64,000 nucleotides of DNA from NCBI RefSeq assembly GCF_006345805.1, contig NC_042997.1, forward strand, positions 207,638,001-207,702,000, in the 5' to 3' direction. Numbering within the stretch: position 1 is the stretch's first letter; the number at the start of each line of letters is the position of its first letter. This document shows positions 51,674 through 64,000 of this stretch, piece after piece. The DNA is from Octopus sinensis (taxonomy: Eukaryota). The notes under the pieces were generated by a model. It made no database searches. It was not told the DNA's origin and saw only the letters and a program-made list of their open reading frames with translations. A program made the position numbers and the translations under genes.

Positions 51674-52000
51674 CTAGCAGAGATACCCGGCGTTGCCCGT
51701 GTTACATGCAATTGAAGAATTAGACTTTTTTTCTGTTATATTTTCTGTAATGAACTGGAATATCTATGTTTCAAATTTCAACAAAATTGCAGATGAGGGT
51801 TATTTCCCTCTTTACACACCCAAACAAAATTGTAATCGTGCCACATGTATCCCATACTACTGATTTTTATGCGCATATTCCAAAATTCCAGTCTTATAGA
51901 ACCTGTAAAAGGATTTTGCTCCTGAAAAATGAAGGTCATGAAGCTCTAACATGTGAGAGTTAAGGCCCCTGTTGGGGGTGGGTGTCTTAGTGTCAACCAG
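51674..52000 (-). mobile_element. Non-autonomous Helitron 3' end
   Basis: Minus strand ends gggcaacgccgggtatctctgCTAG; 5' limit unclear. Confidence 0.7.
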
Positions 52001-52269
52001 AGAATTTGAATTGTTGAGAATCTTTTTAACTTGGGTCTTATATCTATTGTTTGAATTTCTTTGAAATAGGAAATATATGTTCACTGGGTTTGTAAAAAAA
52101 CGCAAAGGCTACAGGAACCCAAAAGATAAATGATCACAATAAGCAGTCAGTTACACTACCCTAGTCGTTACCATTCCCAATGTAGGATTCCTCACCATCC
52201 AGGTGACAGGCACAGCTGTAAGATGCATTACGAATCTATAGCAATTGGAAGGGCGAAGACTAGAGGGAA

Positions 52270-53512
52270 ATGAAGGCCAATATACTCCATTTTATGTGCA
52301 ATGTCAGTGTGCATGTGTGAGCAAAGTACATGTTGAGAGAGATTGGCAAAAGAGGCATAAGATATGACATGCAAGAGAGAAGGCTGCAGTTGTATGCACA
52401 TGTGATATGTATGGATGAGGGTAGCTGTATTAAGAAGTGCTGGTTGCTAGAGAAGGATGGAACCAGAGTTTATTTTAATGCAGTCACCTCAGATACATCT
52501 TTACCAAGGGATACACCTAAACCAGTTGTACAGTATCCCACCCATGAGGGATTGATGCTAGATGGGTCAAAATGATTAGTGTAATGAATGAAGATTCTTG
52601 CATTGGCTGAGCGTGGCCGATACCAGTGCCACCTGTGCCGGTGACATGTAAACAGCTCAATCCAAATGTGGCCAATGCCAGTGCCACCTGACTGGCACAT
52701 AAAAAGCATGCACTACATTCTCAGTGGGTGGCATTAGGAAGGGCATCCAACTGTAGAAACCTTGCCAAATCAGATTGGAGCCTGGTGCAGCCTCCCAGCT
52801 TGCCGGTTCTCAGTCAAACTGTTCAACCCATGCCAGCATCAAAAGCAGACATCAAACGGCAATGATGATAATGATGTTGATGATATATATATTCCTGCTC
52901 AGGTATGGTCATGTGATGCATGTGGACAAAGACAGCTGTGTAAAGAAGTGCCGATCTCTAACTGTGGATGGAACCTGTGGAAGAGGTAGACCCAGGAAGA
53001 CATGGGACAAAGTGATGAAGCATGATCTTTTGATGTAAGGTCTCACAGAGGCGATGACTAGTGACTGAGACCTTTGACGATATGCTTTGCTTGAGGAGAC
53101 CCTTCAAGCCAAGTGAAATCGTAGTTGTAACTGGCACCCATGCTGGTAGCATGTAAAAAACACCTTTCAAGCATTGGACCTTATGGACACAAAATGGCTG
53201 GTGATGGTAGGATATGAAAAGCTCCTTTCAAGTTTTGGGCCTCATGGAGGCAACAACCAAGATCTTTGGCATTATGTCATGCTTCAGAAGAAGACCCATC
53301 AAGCCAAGAAAAATCGCAGTAGTGCTAGATACCAGAGTCATGCAAATTGGCACCCATCATACTCTTGGAGTGGTTGGCATTAGGAAGGACATCCAGCTGT
53401 AGAAACCATGCCAAATGCGACTGGATTCTGGTGCAGCCCCTCAGCTTACTAGCCCTGGTCAAACTATTTAATCCATGCCAGCATGGACATTGGACTTCAA
53501 ATGATGATGATG
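52270..53512 (+). mobile_element. Cluster of RTE 3' fragments and tails
   Basis: QERRLQLYAHV..; CVKKCRSLTVDGTCGRGRPRKTW; tails ending near 52880 and 53510. Confidence 0.8.
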
Positions 53513-53825
53513 AATTAGAGAGAATTTAAACTTGAATACAAAAAAAGAAGAAATAATTTTAACAACACTTGACATCGTTCACTACACAGAGTTCACTACA
53601 CTACATAGCAATAATTAAAGAGCAGTTGATATCACTCCCCACAGGGATAAGGTGATAGTCTTTTTCAGGTTAACTTCATTATTTCAGGAACTGATAACTC
53701 TTCACTAAACAGAAAAACAGAAAACACTAGAATTATTATTTAATCTTGAAGCTGCAACATAAGAAATCTTCTGCTGCTTGTTTGGTTATTTTTCATTGAC
53801 AAAATGAACATTTCTTCTATTTCAG

Positions 53826-54031
53826 ATGATGAAGATATTGATGATGAAGATGATGAAGATGAAGAAATAGAAGATAATGTCTCTGCTGGTCAAAAAGTTG
53901 TTGGTGTCACATTGAAATTCTTTGCTAAATACCAAAATCTTGACAATGCTATAGAAACTGTTAAAAAGGAGTACGATTCTCTATTAACAACTCAGGAAAT
54001 ACCATTTGATGTGGACTTGACAGAATCTCGA
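53826..54031 (+). CDS. PARP14: PARP14-like exon: acidic tract plus post-macro (KH-like) region
   Basis: tttcag|AT GAT..DDEDIDDEDDEDEEIED..VTLKFFAKYQNLDNAIETVKKE..TESR|gtaagt; 206 nt, phase 1 to 0. Confidence 0.85.
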
Positions 54032-54163
54032 GTAAGTTGTCCACAACAATACAGGGTTCTTATTTAATTATTATTGTTGTTATCATTTTCTGATTGAAAT
54101 GCATTTTATTTTCATTTTCCAACTGGGTCTCAACCAGAGCCCTAAGGTACATATATATATATT

Positions 54164-57130
54164 TGTTGCGATGAGAGTACGACACCCCTGACGAGAGTAG
54201 ACGGCACCACTTCATATAAATAGAATCTGTCTGATGTAGTCGGGAGTTCATAGTTTGGTCTTTGAAGTCCAGATACACTTTAGAGTTTGAGTTGGTGTGT
54301 TGGAAATACTGATTGTTGGTTCGTTGTGTGTTTTTTACTGCTGCTGTTTCTATTTTGTATTGTTATAACACTGTTACGGTGTAGTGTTTATCTATCATCA
54401 ACAATATTGGAGGCGTAAAGATATAACATCTCACAATGAGGATTTTTCAAAGCTCACAGAGGTTATTTGTCAATTTGAGTGTCATACAAATTGTTAAATT
54501 ATGGAGAAGCTATTAGCAGCAGTAATACAGCTTCAAGAGAAGCAACCAAAACAACTACAGGAGTTACAGAAGCAAATATTACAACAACAACAACAGTTAA
54601 TTGAATTACAGTGAAGGAAGTTTAAAAATTCGGTAAGTTCGTTTACACCAGACATCATGGCAAACTCAATTTCTGAATTCACTTATAATCCAGAGGAGGG
54701 TATTATGTTTTCTGCATACCATAGAAGGTACAAGGAAAATTTTAACAAGGGTTGCATGTAATAGTCAAAGATCATTATTTATTACATTTGCCAGAGAAGT
54801 TAACCATATGTGGGAAAATTTTAAACTTGGGGAACTCACTGAGGATATGTTTAAATCGCTTATCTTCATAGAAAGCCTTATGGCAAATGAAGATAGAGAA
54901 ATTCAGGCAAGGGTTTTCTAAAATGGAGCAAGTGAACCAAGGCTGCAATGGTCTACAGACCATTGTAGAAGAATGTCAAACAATGGTAAACCTGATGCAC
55001 TGCATGAAAAAAATTCAAGAAAAAGATTTTGCAAAAATACAGATGTGTCAACCTGGAAAGTACAACCAAAAAAGAGTGCCAGGCCTCAATCCATGTTATG
55101 GATGTGGAGGCCTACACTTCAGGAAAGAGTGTCTGTTTAAACACTAAAAATGCTGTAGGTGTCAGAAAATTGGTCGCACGAGCTCACACTGTAGGACAAG
55201 ATTACGAGAGTTGAATGCAAAATGTTCAAAGTGAATGCAACACAAAAACAAGAATATTCATACAAACAAAATTAAACAGCTGGATACGGGTAGGGATATT
55301 TCTATCATTAATGCGGATACATGGGGAAAAATTGGGAAACTGTGGTTGAGTAAACGGGCGATAAACTACATTTCATGGGTGAAATGTGTACAGACATCAC
55401 ATTTCAAGGAGAAACATACAAAGCCAAAATATTCATTGTGGAGAATACAATCAATCAGTTTGATAAAGATTGGTTGGAGTTATTTGACCTATGGTACCTC
55501 CCAATAAGTCTCTACTGCAAAAACATACATGGTTGTCCCGTTAGAAATAAATCGTCTGAGGAATTGATGAGAAAACTGAAAAAGATGTTTCCCCAAGTAC
55601 TATCAGTGGACATAGATCTATATAAAAAGACCAAAGCCTGCTTTTAAATAAGTTAAAACGCTGTGCCTATATTTAAATCTAACAGAAAAGTACCATCTGC
55701 AGCAATTGAAATCATAAATGAAGAGTTGGACAGACTGGAAAAGAGTGGAATCATCTAAAAGGTGGACTACTCTAAGTCAGTGGTTTTCAACCAGGGTTCC
55801 GCCAGTACAGTCCATGGGTTCCGCAAGAAGTTACAAAACTGCTAAAATCGGCAGTAATTTTTAATTCTCCTGTGCAGATATGTGTGCATAAGACTATTAA
55901 ATTATTTCACAAGGGTTCCTCGAGCCAGTCGAATGTTTCCTTGGGGTTCTGCTCCTGCAAAATGTTTGAAAAGCACTGCTCTAAGTGGGCGGCACCCATG
56001 TTGTACATTAAGAAGAATAATAATAATATTAGACTGTGTGCCGATTATCTCGACAGGATTAAAAGACTGCTTAAAGACATGCCACCATCCACTCCTGATA
56101 CCAGAGGACATTTTCGCAAAAATTCAATGGTGGAAAAGAATTTCTCCAAATTGGATCTGCTTGACTCTTATTTACAGATTAAAGTAAATGACAAATGCTC
56201 AAAGTGTCTGTCAATAAATGTACACAGAGGATTGTACAGACATACCTGGTTAGCTTTTGGATTAAAGGTTACACCGGCAATATTTCAACAAATCATGAAT
56301 GCTATGTTATCTGATTGTGAATTTACAGTCCCTTATTTAGACAAAATATTGATTAAAAGTAATTTATGTGAACAGCATGTTGAGCATATAAAAGCTGTGT
56401 TCAAGAAAATTAAAGAGTACAGGTTCAATTTGAGTGAAGAAAAATGCAAATTCTTTTTGCCTCAAATTAAGTACTTAGGGCAAATGATTGATAAAAATGG
56501 TAGATGGCCTGATCCATCGAGGGCAGATGCAATAAAGAATGTGCCTGCTCCGACAAATATGCCAACATTATAAGCGTTTCTACTACCAAATCTACATTCC
56601 TAACATGCACAGATTAAGAGCCCCATTGAATGACTTATTTAAAAGGAAGTAAAGTGGAATTGGTCGGTTAAATGCCAAAACACGTTTGAAGAAATAAAAA
56701 AGATTTAATTGCAGATTTGTGTCCACGGCATTTTGATCCTGAAATAGACATTGTTGTAGCATCTAATGCTTTGGCGTACGGAATTGGAGCAGTTTTGCTA
56801 CACAGGTATGAAGATGGAATTAGGAAACCAGTGATTCCTGTTTCATGTTAGCAGCAGAGAAAAAATACAGTCTGGTAGAAAAAGAAGCCCTAACGATTAT
56901 TTTCACTGTGAAAACATTTTGCAGGTTTCTACATGGTAAAGGTTTTCTGTTACAAACAGACCATCAACCATTGCTGTCAATTTATGGATCAAAGAAAGGG
57001 TTACCTACCCATACAGCAAACTGGCTACAACATTGGGGTATAATATTACTAAATTACAATTTCAAAATGCAGTATATACCATCGAAATAAATTGGCCTTG
57101 CAGACTGTTTATCGAGACTAATCTCCCAAA
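54164..57130 (+). mobile_element. Decayed Ty3/Gypsy retrotransposon: 5' LTR, gag, protease, RT, RNase H (no integrase or 3' LTR seen)
   Basis: LTR TGTT..AACA at 54164-54428 followed by a PBS-like tctcacaatgaggatt. EFTYNPEEG, CYGCGGLH, QLDTG, KLDLLDSYLQI, YSLVEKEAL, TDHQPL, LADCLSR. Confidence 0.9.
55778..55978. mobile_element. hAT-type MITE (201 bp) with 8-bp TSD inside the Gypsy RT
   Basis: TIRs CAGTGGTTTTCAA and TTGAAAAGCACTG; TSD CTCTAAGT at 55770-55777 and 55979-55986. Removal restores KVDYSKWAAP. Confidence 0.93.
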
Positions 57131-57789
57131 ATACCCATCATGACTACCCGTCTGATAAGGGTACACTAGGCACATGCATCACAACCATATGTGTGCAACA
57201 TGGTGATCTTATAGTAAAAAAGTGCATGAACTTGCAAGCAGGGCCCAGTTAGAATTTTCTTCGGCTTGAGTAGCCCATCCTGCTCAAAAGATCCTTGAAT
57301 AAGGGTTGTTTAAGGATGATGAACAAAACACCCATGTTTTCAGGGATGAATTATTCAAACTCTAAAGAATCCTGCTCAACGTATGGCTATGATGTTCCTC
57401 TCCCACTACTGCTCATGATCAGAGATGCACATATCGTCAGCCACTAAGGGACATGCTCAACTGGTTAAGGTAAAAAAACTGACAAGCAAATCTCTAGTAT
57501 TGAGCAGAATATTTGCTGTAGCCCATCTTTCACGCTAAGATCAAATATGTACGTGATGACACAGCCAATCAATTATGTTCAGAAGTCATGTGAGTCACTG
57601 CCTGGTACAGCATCAGGGCATTCTGACAAGCAAGTCTATGGTATTGAGTGGAATAATTGCTGCAACCCATCTTTTATACCAAAACAATGTACATGATAAC
57701 ACATCCAAAAGTCATGAGGGCCACTGCCTGGAAGAGCATCAGGGCATTTACTATTTTTTTTATTATTATTATTTGTTTTTCTTTCAATT

Positions 57790-59930
57790 TTGTTTCCATT
57801 TCTTGCCGAGTGTCTTCCTGACACCCAGGGGGAAAAGAAAACTCACTTTGTACATTGATAGGCAATTAAAATAAACACACCAGGTTGTTCATTTACAAAA
57901 TCAAATGAAGTTATGTAGAAAACAAAATTTACACGGATGGTTATCATTCTCATATCAACAATTTTCTACTAAACATGTAACGTATCAGTTAACACAACCA
58001 TTTGTACTTCTTGTGCTGGGGTCATTCTCATATAATTTTCAGTTCCTTTTTTGATCAGTCCAATTGTTCTTACAATCACTGGCACTGTAACCACATTTTC
58101 CAATTTCAATGAGAAAATTTTTATATTATTATTCATATATGTACAACAGATTAGACTGTTGAAAAGAAAAATTCCTAACATCAGGCTACAACAGAGTAAC
58201 CTTAGATGCCAAGAACCCTCCTAAGCATCCAAGCTGTCCCTAATAACACTGTTTTCTGGAGCTGTACTAAATTATGTGTTATGCCTATTTCCTCTATCCA
58301 TCTGTTCGAATCTTTAGCGATAGTTCCCAATGCACCTATAACTACTGGAATAGATTTTACCCGCACTTTCCATAGTCTCTGTAATTCAGTGGTTGGGTCC
58401 TGGTACTTTGCTATTTTTTTCTAAACCATTTATATTGACTTTCTCATCATTTGTGACTGTAAAGTCAATTATCTGGCACTTTCTATTCTCTTTACCTACT
58501 GCTACTAAACCAGGCCTTCTAGCTTCTATTACTCTGCCAGTCTGAATGTTAAACTCCCACAACATCTTTTATTTCTTACTTTCTAGTACCTTTATTAGGT
58601 TCATCTTCATATTATTAGTATAGTCAAATCTTAGCTTTCTACATACCTCCCTGTGGATTACTCTCCCTAGGTTATCATGTCTTTTCTTCTATTCTTTCTT
58701 TGCCATCATGTTACATTCACTTACTATATGAGTAACATTTTTCTCTTTTGATTTGCATAATCTACACTGGGAATCTACTTGGTTATTGTCTATCTTGGCC
58801 TTTATCCAATTAGTCCTTAATGCATGATTTTGTGCTGCTACTAACAAACTTTCTGTCTCCCTATTCAGCCATCCTTTAAGCAAACATAACCATGTCTCAC
58901 TACTACTATTTGCTGAAACTATCTTTGGGAATCTACCATGCAATGCCTTCTCCTGCCAGTCAGATAATTTCTGTTCCTTTTTTCTGATTTTTAACTTTGT
59001 TTGGTATTTTGGTTGGTTTCCCTATCTCTTGCTGTGTCTTTAGTAGCTCTTAATAAACTTTCTTCACTACTACTTACATAGTAGTCTATTCAATATTAGC
59101 TCTCTTTTTATTATTATTATTATCGTTATTTTCATTTTCATCTTTCAGTTCTGTTTCTATTTCTTGCTGAGTGTCTTCCTGACACCTAGGGCAGAGAAAT
59201 GTACTGTATACATCGGTAGGCCATTAAAATAAACACAGCAGATTGTTCATTTACAAAGTCATGTGATAGAGAAAAAAGAGAAGACAGAAAAAAATGAAAA
59301 AATAAACAAAGAAAATAAAGGGGAAAAAGGAAAGAAAATTCACAGCAATGATGCTCTTCTCAATATGTGTAACATACCAGTTAAGACAATCTTTAGCACT
59401 TCCTGCCTGGATGGTAATTCAGGGATCATTCATAAATAATTTTCAGTTCCTTTTTTGATCATTCCAAGTGCTCCTACAGTCACTGGTATTGTAACCATCT
59501 TGAGATGCCACATCTTTTCGATTTCAATCAGCAGATCTTTATATTTTCTGAGTTTATCAAATTCTTTTGCCGAAATATCATAGACACAAAGTACGCTCAC
59601 GTCAATCAATAAACAGACTTTATTGTTTTGGTCTTTCAAAACAATTTCTGGTTTATTTGCCTTGATGGTCACATCTGTACATACTGGGAAGTCCCAAAGA
59701 ATCATTACATTTTCTCCCTCTCTAACAGCTTCAGGGTGGTGCTTGTACCATTTGTCAGCAATTTTGATTTTATAAAGCTGATACATTATCCAAATTAGAT
59801 ATTGGTCGACACTGTCTTGATACTCTACAGGTGCTAAATCCTTACACCCAGAGATTAGGTGGTCCACTGTTTCAATCCCATCGTTGCAGTATCGGTACTT
59901 TGGGTCTACACCATTTTTTATCACAGGATT
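57790..59930 (-). mobile_element. Cluster of R4/Dong-like LINE fragments
   Basis: LNRETESLLVAAQNHALRTN..CRLCK; ILWDFPVCTD..NKPEIVL..KLRKYKDL..IPVTVGALG. Shared 3' UTR at about 57800 and 59160. Confidence 0.85.
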
Positions 59931-60245
59931 CGTTGGAGCTCCTGCAGTCTTGCATGCATAGTGGGCTGATTACCTGCAGCCAATGGTACCATGCTGGCAC
60001 CCTAGCATTAGTAAATGTGAATACAAGTTAGTACATATGTACATATTTGCGTATAGACTTAGTCAGAGTCGAGTGTGGATATTAAATTATTTTTCACATT
60101 AGGACTACAAAAATCTTCAAAAAGAAAATTAACAAATGAAGTGGAACCCACTGTGGAAAATGTATTTCTACATGGTGGTCAATTTAGGATTGTTAGAAAT
60201 ATTTATAGTGATTCTTAGTAACAGGTGTTAGCAGCAGTGGTGGTG

Positions 60246-60312
<67 letters not shown>

Positions 60313-60324
60313 ATTTTTTTTCAG

Positions 60325-60694
60325 AAGCTGCGTTTAAGGGATATTAGTAGAACAGATAAAATCCAGATTTCTGTCAGTGACACAATTACAATTTATGGCA
60401 GACAGCCTCATGTAAAAGATGCTAAACTCTCTGTCCAATCATTATTAATGGAATTCAAAGAAACTGATGAGGAGACTCTTATTAAGGAAATGGTACAATG
60501 GTCTTACTTTGAAGAAAGTTTTCCAGAAAACCTAAGAATGTTTAGTGACAAAGAAAATGCCAAGCTTGAGAAAGCATACACACTGAAAAAGAAATTCATT
60601 AATTGGAAGAAAATAAAATACAATTTTCAGAAAATGAGTTTTCGACTCGGAGGGAGGGAATTTAAAATGAAGAGGAAACAAAACATAAAGGAAG
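60325..60694 (+). CDS. PARP14: PARP14-like exon: KH-like end plus WWE domain
   Basis: tttcag|KLRLRD..ITIYGRQPHVKDAK..VQWSYFE..FSDKENAKLEKAY..KIKYNFQKM..FKMKRK G|gtatgt; 370 nt, phase 0 to 1. Confidence 0.9.
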
Positions 60695-60753
60695 GTATGT
60701 GCATATTTTTACTATAAAGACGTTCTCGTTTATTTTTTTGTTGTTTTTTTTTA

Positions 60754-60823
60754 TCTATTATAATAAAAGTGAAATTCTGTCTGTCCGTCTGGGACCTCTG
60801 TACTTCAGTCTACAAATGCTCAA
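60754..60823 (+). mobile_element. Helitron-like 5' end truncated by an RTE tail
   Basis: A|TCTATTATAATAAAAGTG..TCTGTCTGTCCG. Confidence 0.55.
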
Positions 60824-61250
60824 CATCATCATCATCATCATCATCGTTTAGCGTCCGTTTTCCATGCTAGCATGGGTTGGACGGTTCTACTGGGGTCTGT
60901 GAAGCCAGAAGGCTTCATCAGGCCCAGTCAAATCTGGCAGTGTTTCTACGGCTGGATGCCCTTCCTAACGCCAACCACTCCGTGAGTGTAGTGGGTGCTT
61001 TTTACGTGCCACCCGTACAGGTGCCAGACAGAGCTGGCAAACGGCCACGAACGGATGGTGCTTTTTATGTGCCAGGCGAGGCTGGCAACGGACACGAAAC
61101 AGGGCGGTGCTGGCAACGGACACGAAACGGGGCGGTGCTGGCAACGGTCGCGAAACGGAAGGTTCTCTTACATGCCACCGGCACTGGTAACACATCTGCA
61201 ATTTCCATTGATCGATTTCCATTGATCGATTTCGATTCTGATCCTCACTT
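60824..61250 (-). mobile_element. RTE 3' tail with short internal repeats
   Basis: Matches 19214-19450. Confidence 0.88.
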
Positions 61251-61546
61251 GCCTCAACATAGAAATATTATTACCTTTTTGGAATCAGAATGATCTGAGG
61301 ATTGAAAATCTGCCCTTTATTTGATTCTTGAACATCCAGCATTGAGATCTGATTTAAAAGTATTTGTGTTATTATTTCTAGCAGGTAAAGCAGGGCTGAT
61401 TCGCACCGTCCTGGTTGGCAGTATTTCTTGTCTAAATCTCAAAATTGACCAAGATATTCCTGTTTTTTTTTTTTTAACTTTCAATAGAAAAAGGGTTCAT
61501 AATTTTAATTCTGTTCTGAAATATTTGATTTCTGTTTGAACTCTAG

Positions 61547-61680
61547 AATTGATCCCTGATACATGGTCACCAATGGGAGACGAGGAATTATTTAAAATTG
61601 TTCCAGTCACAAATGGACCAGAATATGATGACATCCAGGCCACTTTCCGTCAGAATTTGCCTTCCTATCGTATAATCAAA
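61547..61680 (+). CDS. PARP14: PARP14-like exon, start of ART domain
   Basis: ctctag|AA TTG..LIPDTWSPMGDEELFKIVPVTNGPEYDDIQATFRQNLPSYRIIK|gtttgt; phase 1 to 0. Confidence 0.9.
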
Positions 61681-62071
61681 GTTTGTATTTTTACTTCTGT
61701 TATAAACAATATTTGATGGTTTATTGTTAAAACAAAATGTTAAGAGACATTTTGTTTGTATAAAAGACTTAAATCTCATTGTATGAACCTATTTTGGGAT
61801 GGTTCTATGTGTTTTTGGATATTCACAAGAAATCTTTGCGCAACAAAAATACCTCTGCTTTAACTTCTTGCATTGAATTGTAAATGCAACACCATTTTGC
61901 AGCTAAACTATTATGCCTTACCAAAATTTACAGCCGAATCAAAATTGGTATCAAATAAAAAAGAAAAAAAAAAGCAGATAGGGTTGGGGGGTTTTTTCAC
62001 CACAAACGTTATTTCCTTGTCAAAGAAGTGAACTGATTGTTTTTTCATAAATGTATTTCCCTTTTCTACAG

Positions 62072-62249
62072 ATTGAGAGAATTCAAAATAAAACATTGTA
62101 CCAGGGATACCAAGCATTGAAAAGAAAGTTTGAGGTAGAAAATCCAAACATTTCAAATGAAGTTGATGGCCTTTGGCATGGTACTGCTGAAGGAGCTGTT
62201 GAGGGAATAAATAAATCAGGATTCAACCGTAGCTATTGTGGTAGAAATG
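62072..62249 (+). CDS. PARP14: PARP14-like exon, ART catalytic domain (His motif)
   Basis: IERIQNKTLYQGY..LWHGT..INKSGFNRSYCGRN G|gtaagt, the PARP10/14/15-type IERIQN..HGT..GFNRSY.G.N signature. Confidence 0.95.
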
Positions 62250-62779
62250 GTAAGTATATTATAATCAACATCATCATCTACCCACCCTTCCTATTGTCCT
62301 GAGCTGGACAGACTGTCACTGTCCACATTGATTGCTGTTTAGAATCCTTTCTCACTCAGAGAGGACAGAGGATGTCATGTTGCTCACACATTCCATGTTT
62401 GGCATCGTTTCTACTGCCAGGTCCCCTTCCTAACGTCTTCTGCTCTAGAGTAAACCAGGTGTATTTTATTATTGTGGAACCAACACTTTTACTTGTTTTT
62501 CTTGCTGGATTGGGAGGAAGGGTCTGTCCCCATCCATCAATGTTCCTCTTGAACCTTTGTAAATGAAAATATTGCAGGAAAGATAAGAGAAGGGGTGGAA
62601 TTCCAGAGGGGTAATGTTATGGGAAAGAAGGAAAAAGTTTAGTGGAGAGTCTGCAAGACTGGACAGAAATATCAACAAGCGAACACCAGGCCTAGCAATC
62701 ACCATTCTGAGTTTGTCAATTATAGATATACTGAGATAATCAATACAGTGTTGTTAACTCTCATTGAAATATTCAATGT

Positions 62780-63110
62780 CTGCTACGGCCTAGAAATTGG
62801 TTAAGGGACATTTAATAACTGTACAGAAATCTGATAAACCAGCAGTGGTACCATCACAGAGGTAACTCCATTTAGATATCTCAAATGATCTTCTCTCACT
62901 AACTCTTTTATCATCTTTTGGAATTAGATTTTGATGTGTTTGCTGAATATGGATATGGGGTGAGTAGAAGAGTGGTGTTCCACAAAATGCCATCCAAACA
63001 TGTTCAGTGGTAAATATTTGCAGGGGACAGGCTTTTAATAGATCTTTTCTGATAAAGTGTTTGGAACTATTAAATGCTTGCAGAGTTTCAATGACACACA
63101 TCTGTCAACT
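62780..63110 (-). mobile_element. Possible piggyBac-like transposase remnant
   Basis: WMAFCGT..IPK..YLCDGTT loosely resembles the DE.MV.FKGR..YIP.K..LCD..T motif. Confidence 0.3.
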
Positions 63111-63334
63111 GACATGGAACTCATTCTGGAAGTTTCTGCTGACATTGCTGGGTACATAATTGGGAGAATTAACCCTGTTTGGACATCTCTAATCTCTATT
63201 GTTATTGTTAGTGACTGCTGTGTGTGTGTGTGTGTGTGTGTGTACACACATACATACAGGTCATTAAGAATGAAATGTTCACTTTTGAACTGTAAGTTTA
63301 TTTTACTTTATCTCAAAAAATGCAATGCAGCTAA

Positions 63335-64000
63335 TCAAAGTATGCACCTAAATTATCAACACAATTTTGCCATTTTATTGGTAGCTTATTTATGCTGGCA
63401 TCAAAGAATTCTGGAGAGCAAGAGGTGATGAAATCACAAAAGGCTGTTTTTACATCTTCTTCAGATTTTAAGTTTTTTCCAATGCAAAAAAGTTGTCTAA
63501 TGCCTGGAAAATGTGATATTCAGTTGGTGCAAGGTCTGGTGAATATGGTGGATGACAGAGTACTTCCAAGTTCCATTCCTGTAACTTGAGTAGTGTTCTT
63601 TGTGCAACATGTGGTCAAGTATTTTCTGGCAAGAGAATTGGCCTGTCTCTTTTGTCCAATCTCAGTTGTTTAATTGCAAGTTCACCCATCATTTCATCCA
63701 GTTGGTTGATGTATACATCCACTGTAATTGACTCATGAAGCTGTAGTAGATGACACCAGTGCTGGACCAACAAACAGATTCCATTACCTATTTTTGATGA
63801 ATATTTCTTTCTTGGGTTGTGTTTTGGCACTTCGTCTCTATCCAACCTTTGTGCAAAAACACTTGCTGTTGTTGAAAAGAATCTAATTTTTTATGACACG
63901 TAACAACACAATGCAAAAATGGTTGGCTTTTATGCCGTGACAACAAAGAACAGCAAATTTCAAGATGGCATGTCATTTGATGCTCGTTCAGTTTGTGTGG
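63335..64000 (-). mobile_element. Mariner transposase pseudogene
   Basis: PHKLNEHQ..PFLHCVVTC..NIHQK..HPPYSPDLAPTEYHIFQAL..GAYFD*. Confidence 0.9.

Overview
AT-rich, repeat-dense animal genomic DNA. The repeat families suggest an octopus (inference). The one host gene is a + strand PARP14/15-like macro-ART spread over about 25.5-62.2 kb. It reads RRM end/KH-like region, macro1, macro2, macro3, acidic/KH linker, WWE, then the start of the PARP catalytic domain; the 5' end is not found and the 3' end lies beyond the window. Splice phases join consistently across the 13 exons. Macro2 and macro3 are a tandem duplication of a 4-exon module. By hand alignment their shared intron is about 97.5% identical while the exons are only 85-92% identical with mostly amino-acid-changing differences, pointing to gene conversion plus diversifying selection. 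Frameshifts and a local duplication at 26.2-33 kb look like contig-end errors. The rest is an 8.7-kb 114-bp satellite with a 17-mer higher-order duplication, microsatellites, two foldback palindromes, a degenerate hammerhead ribozyme, and decayed TEs (RTE, R4/Dong, NeSL/Hero-like, Penelope, Ty3/Gypsy, Helitron, Merlin, mariner, hAT, SINEs). There is a 100-N gap at 23893-23992.
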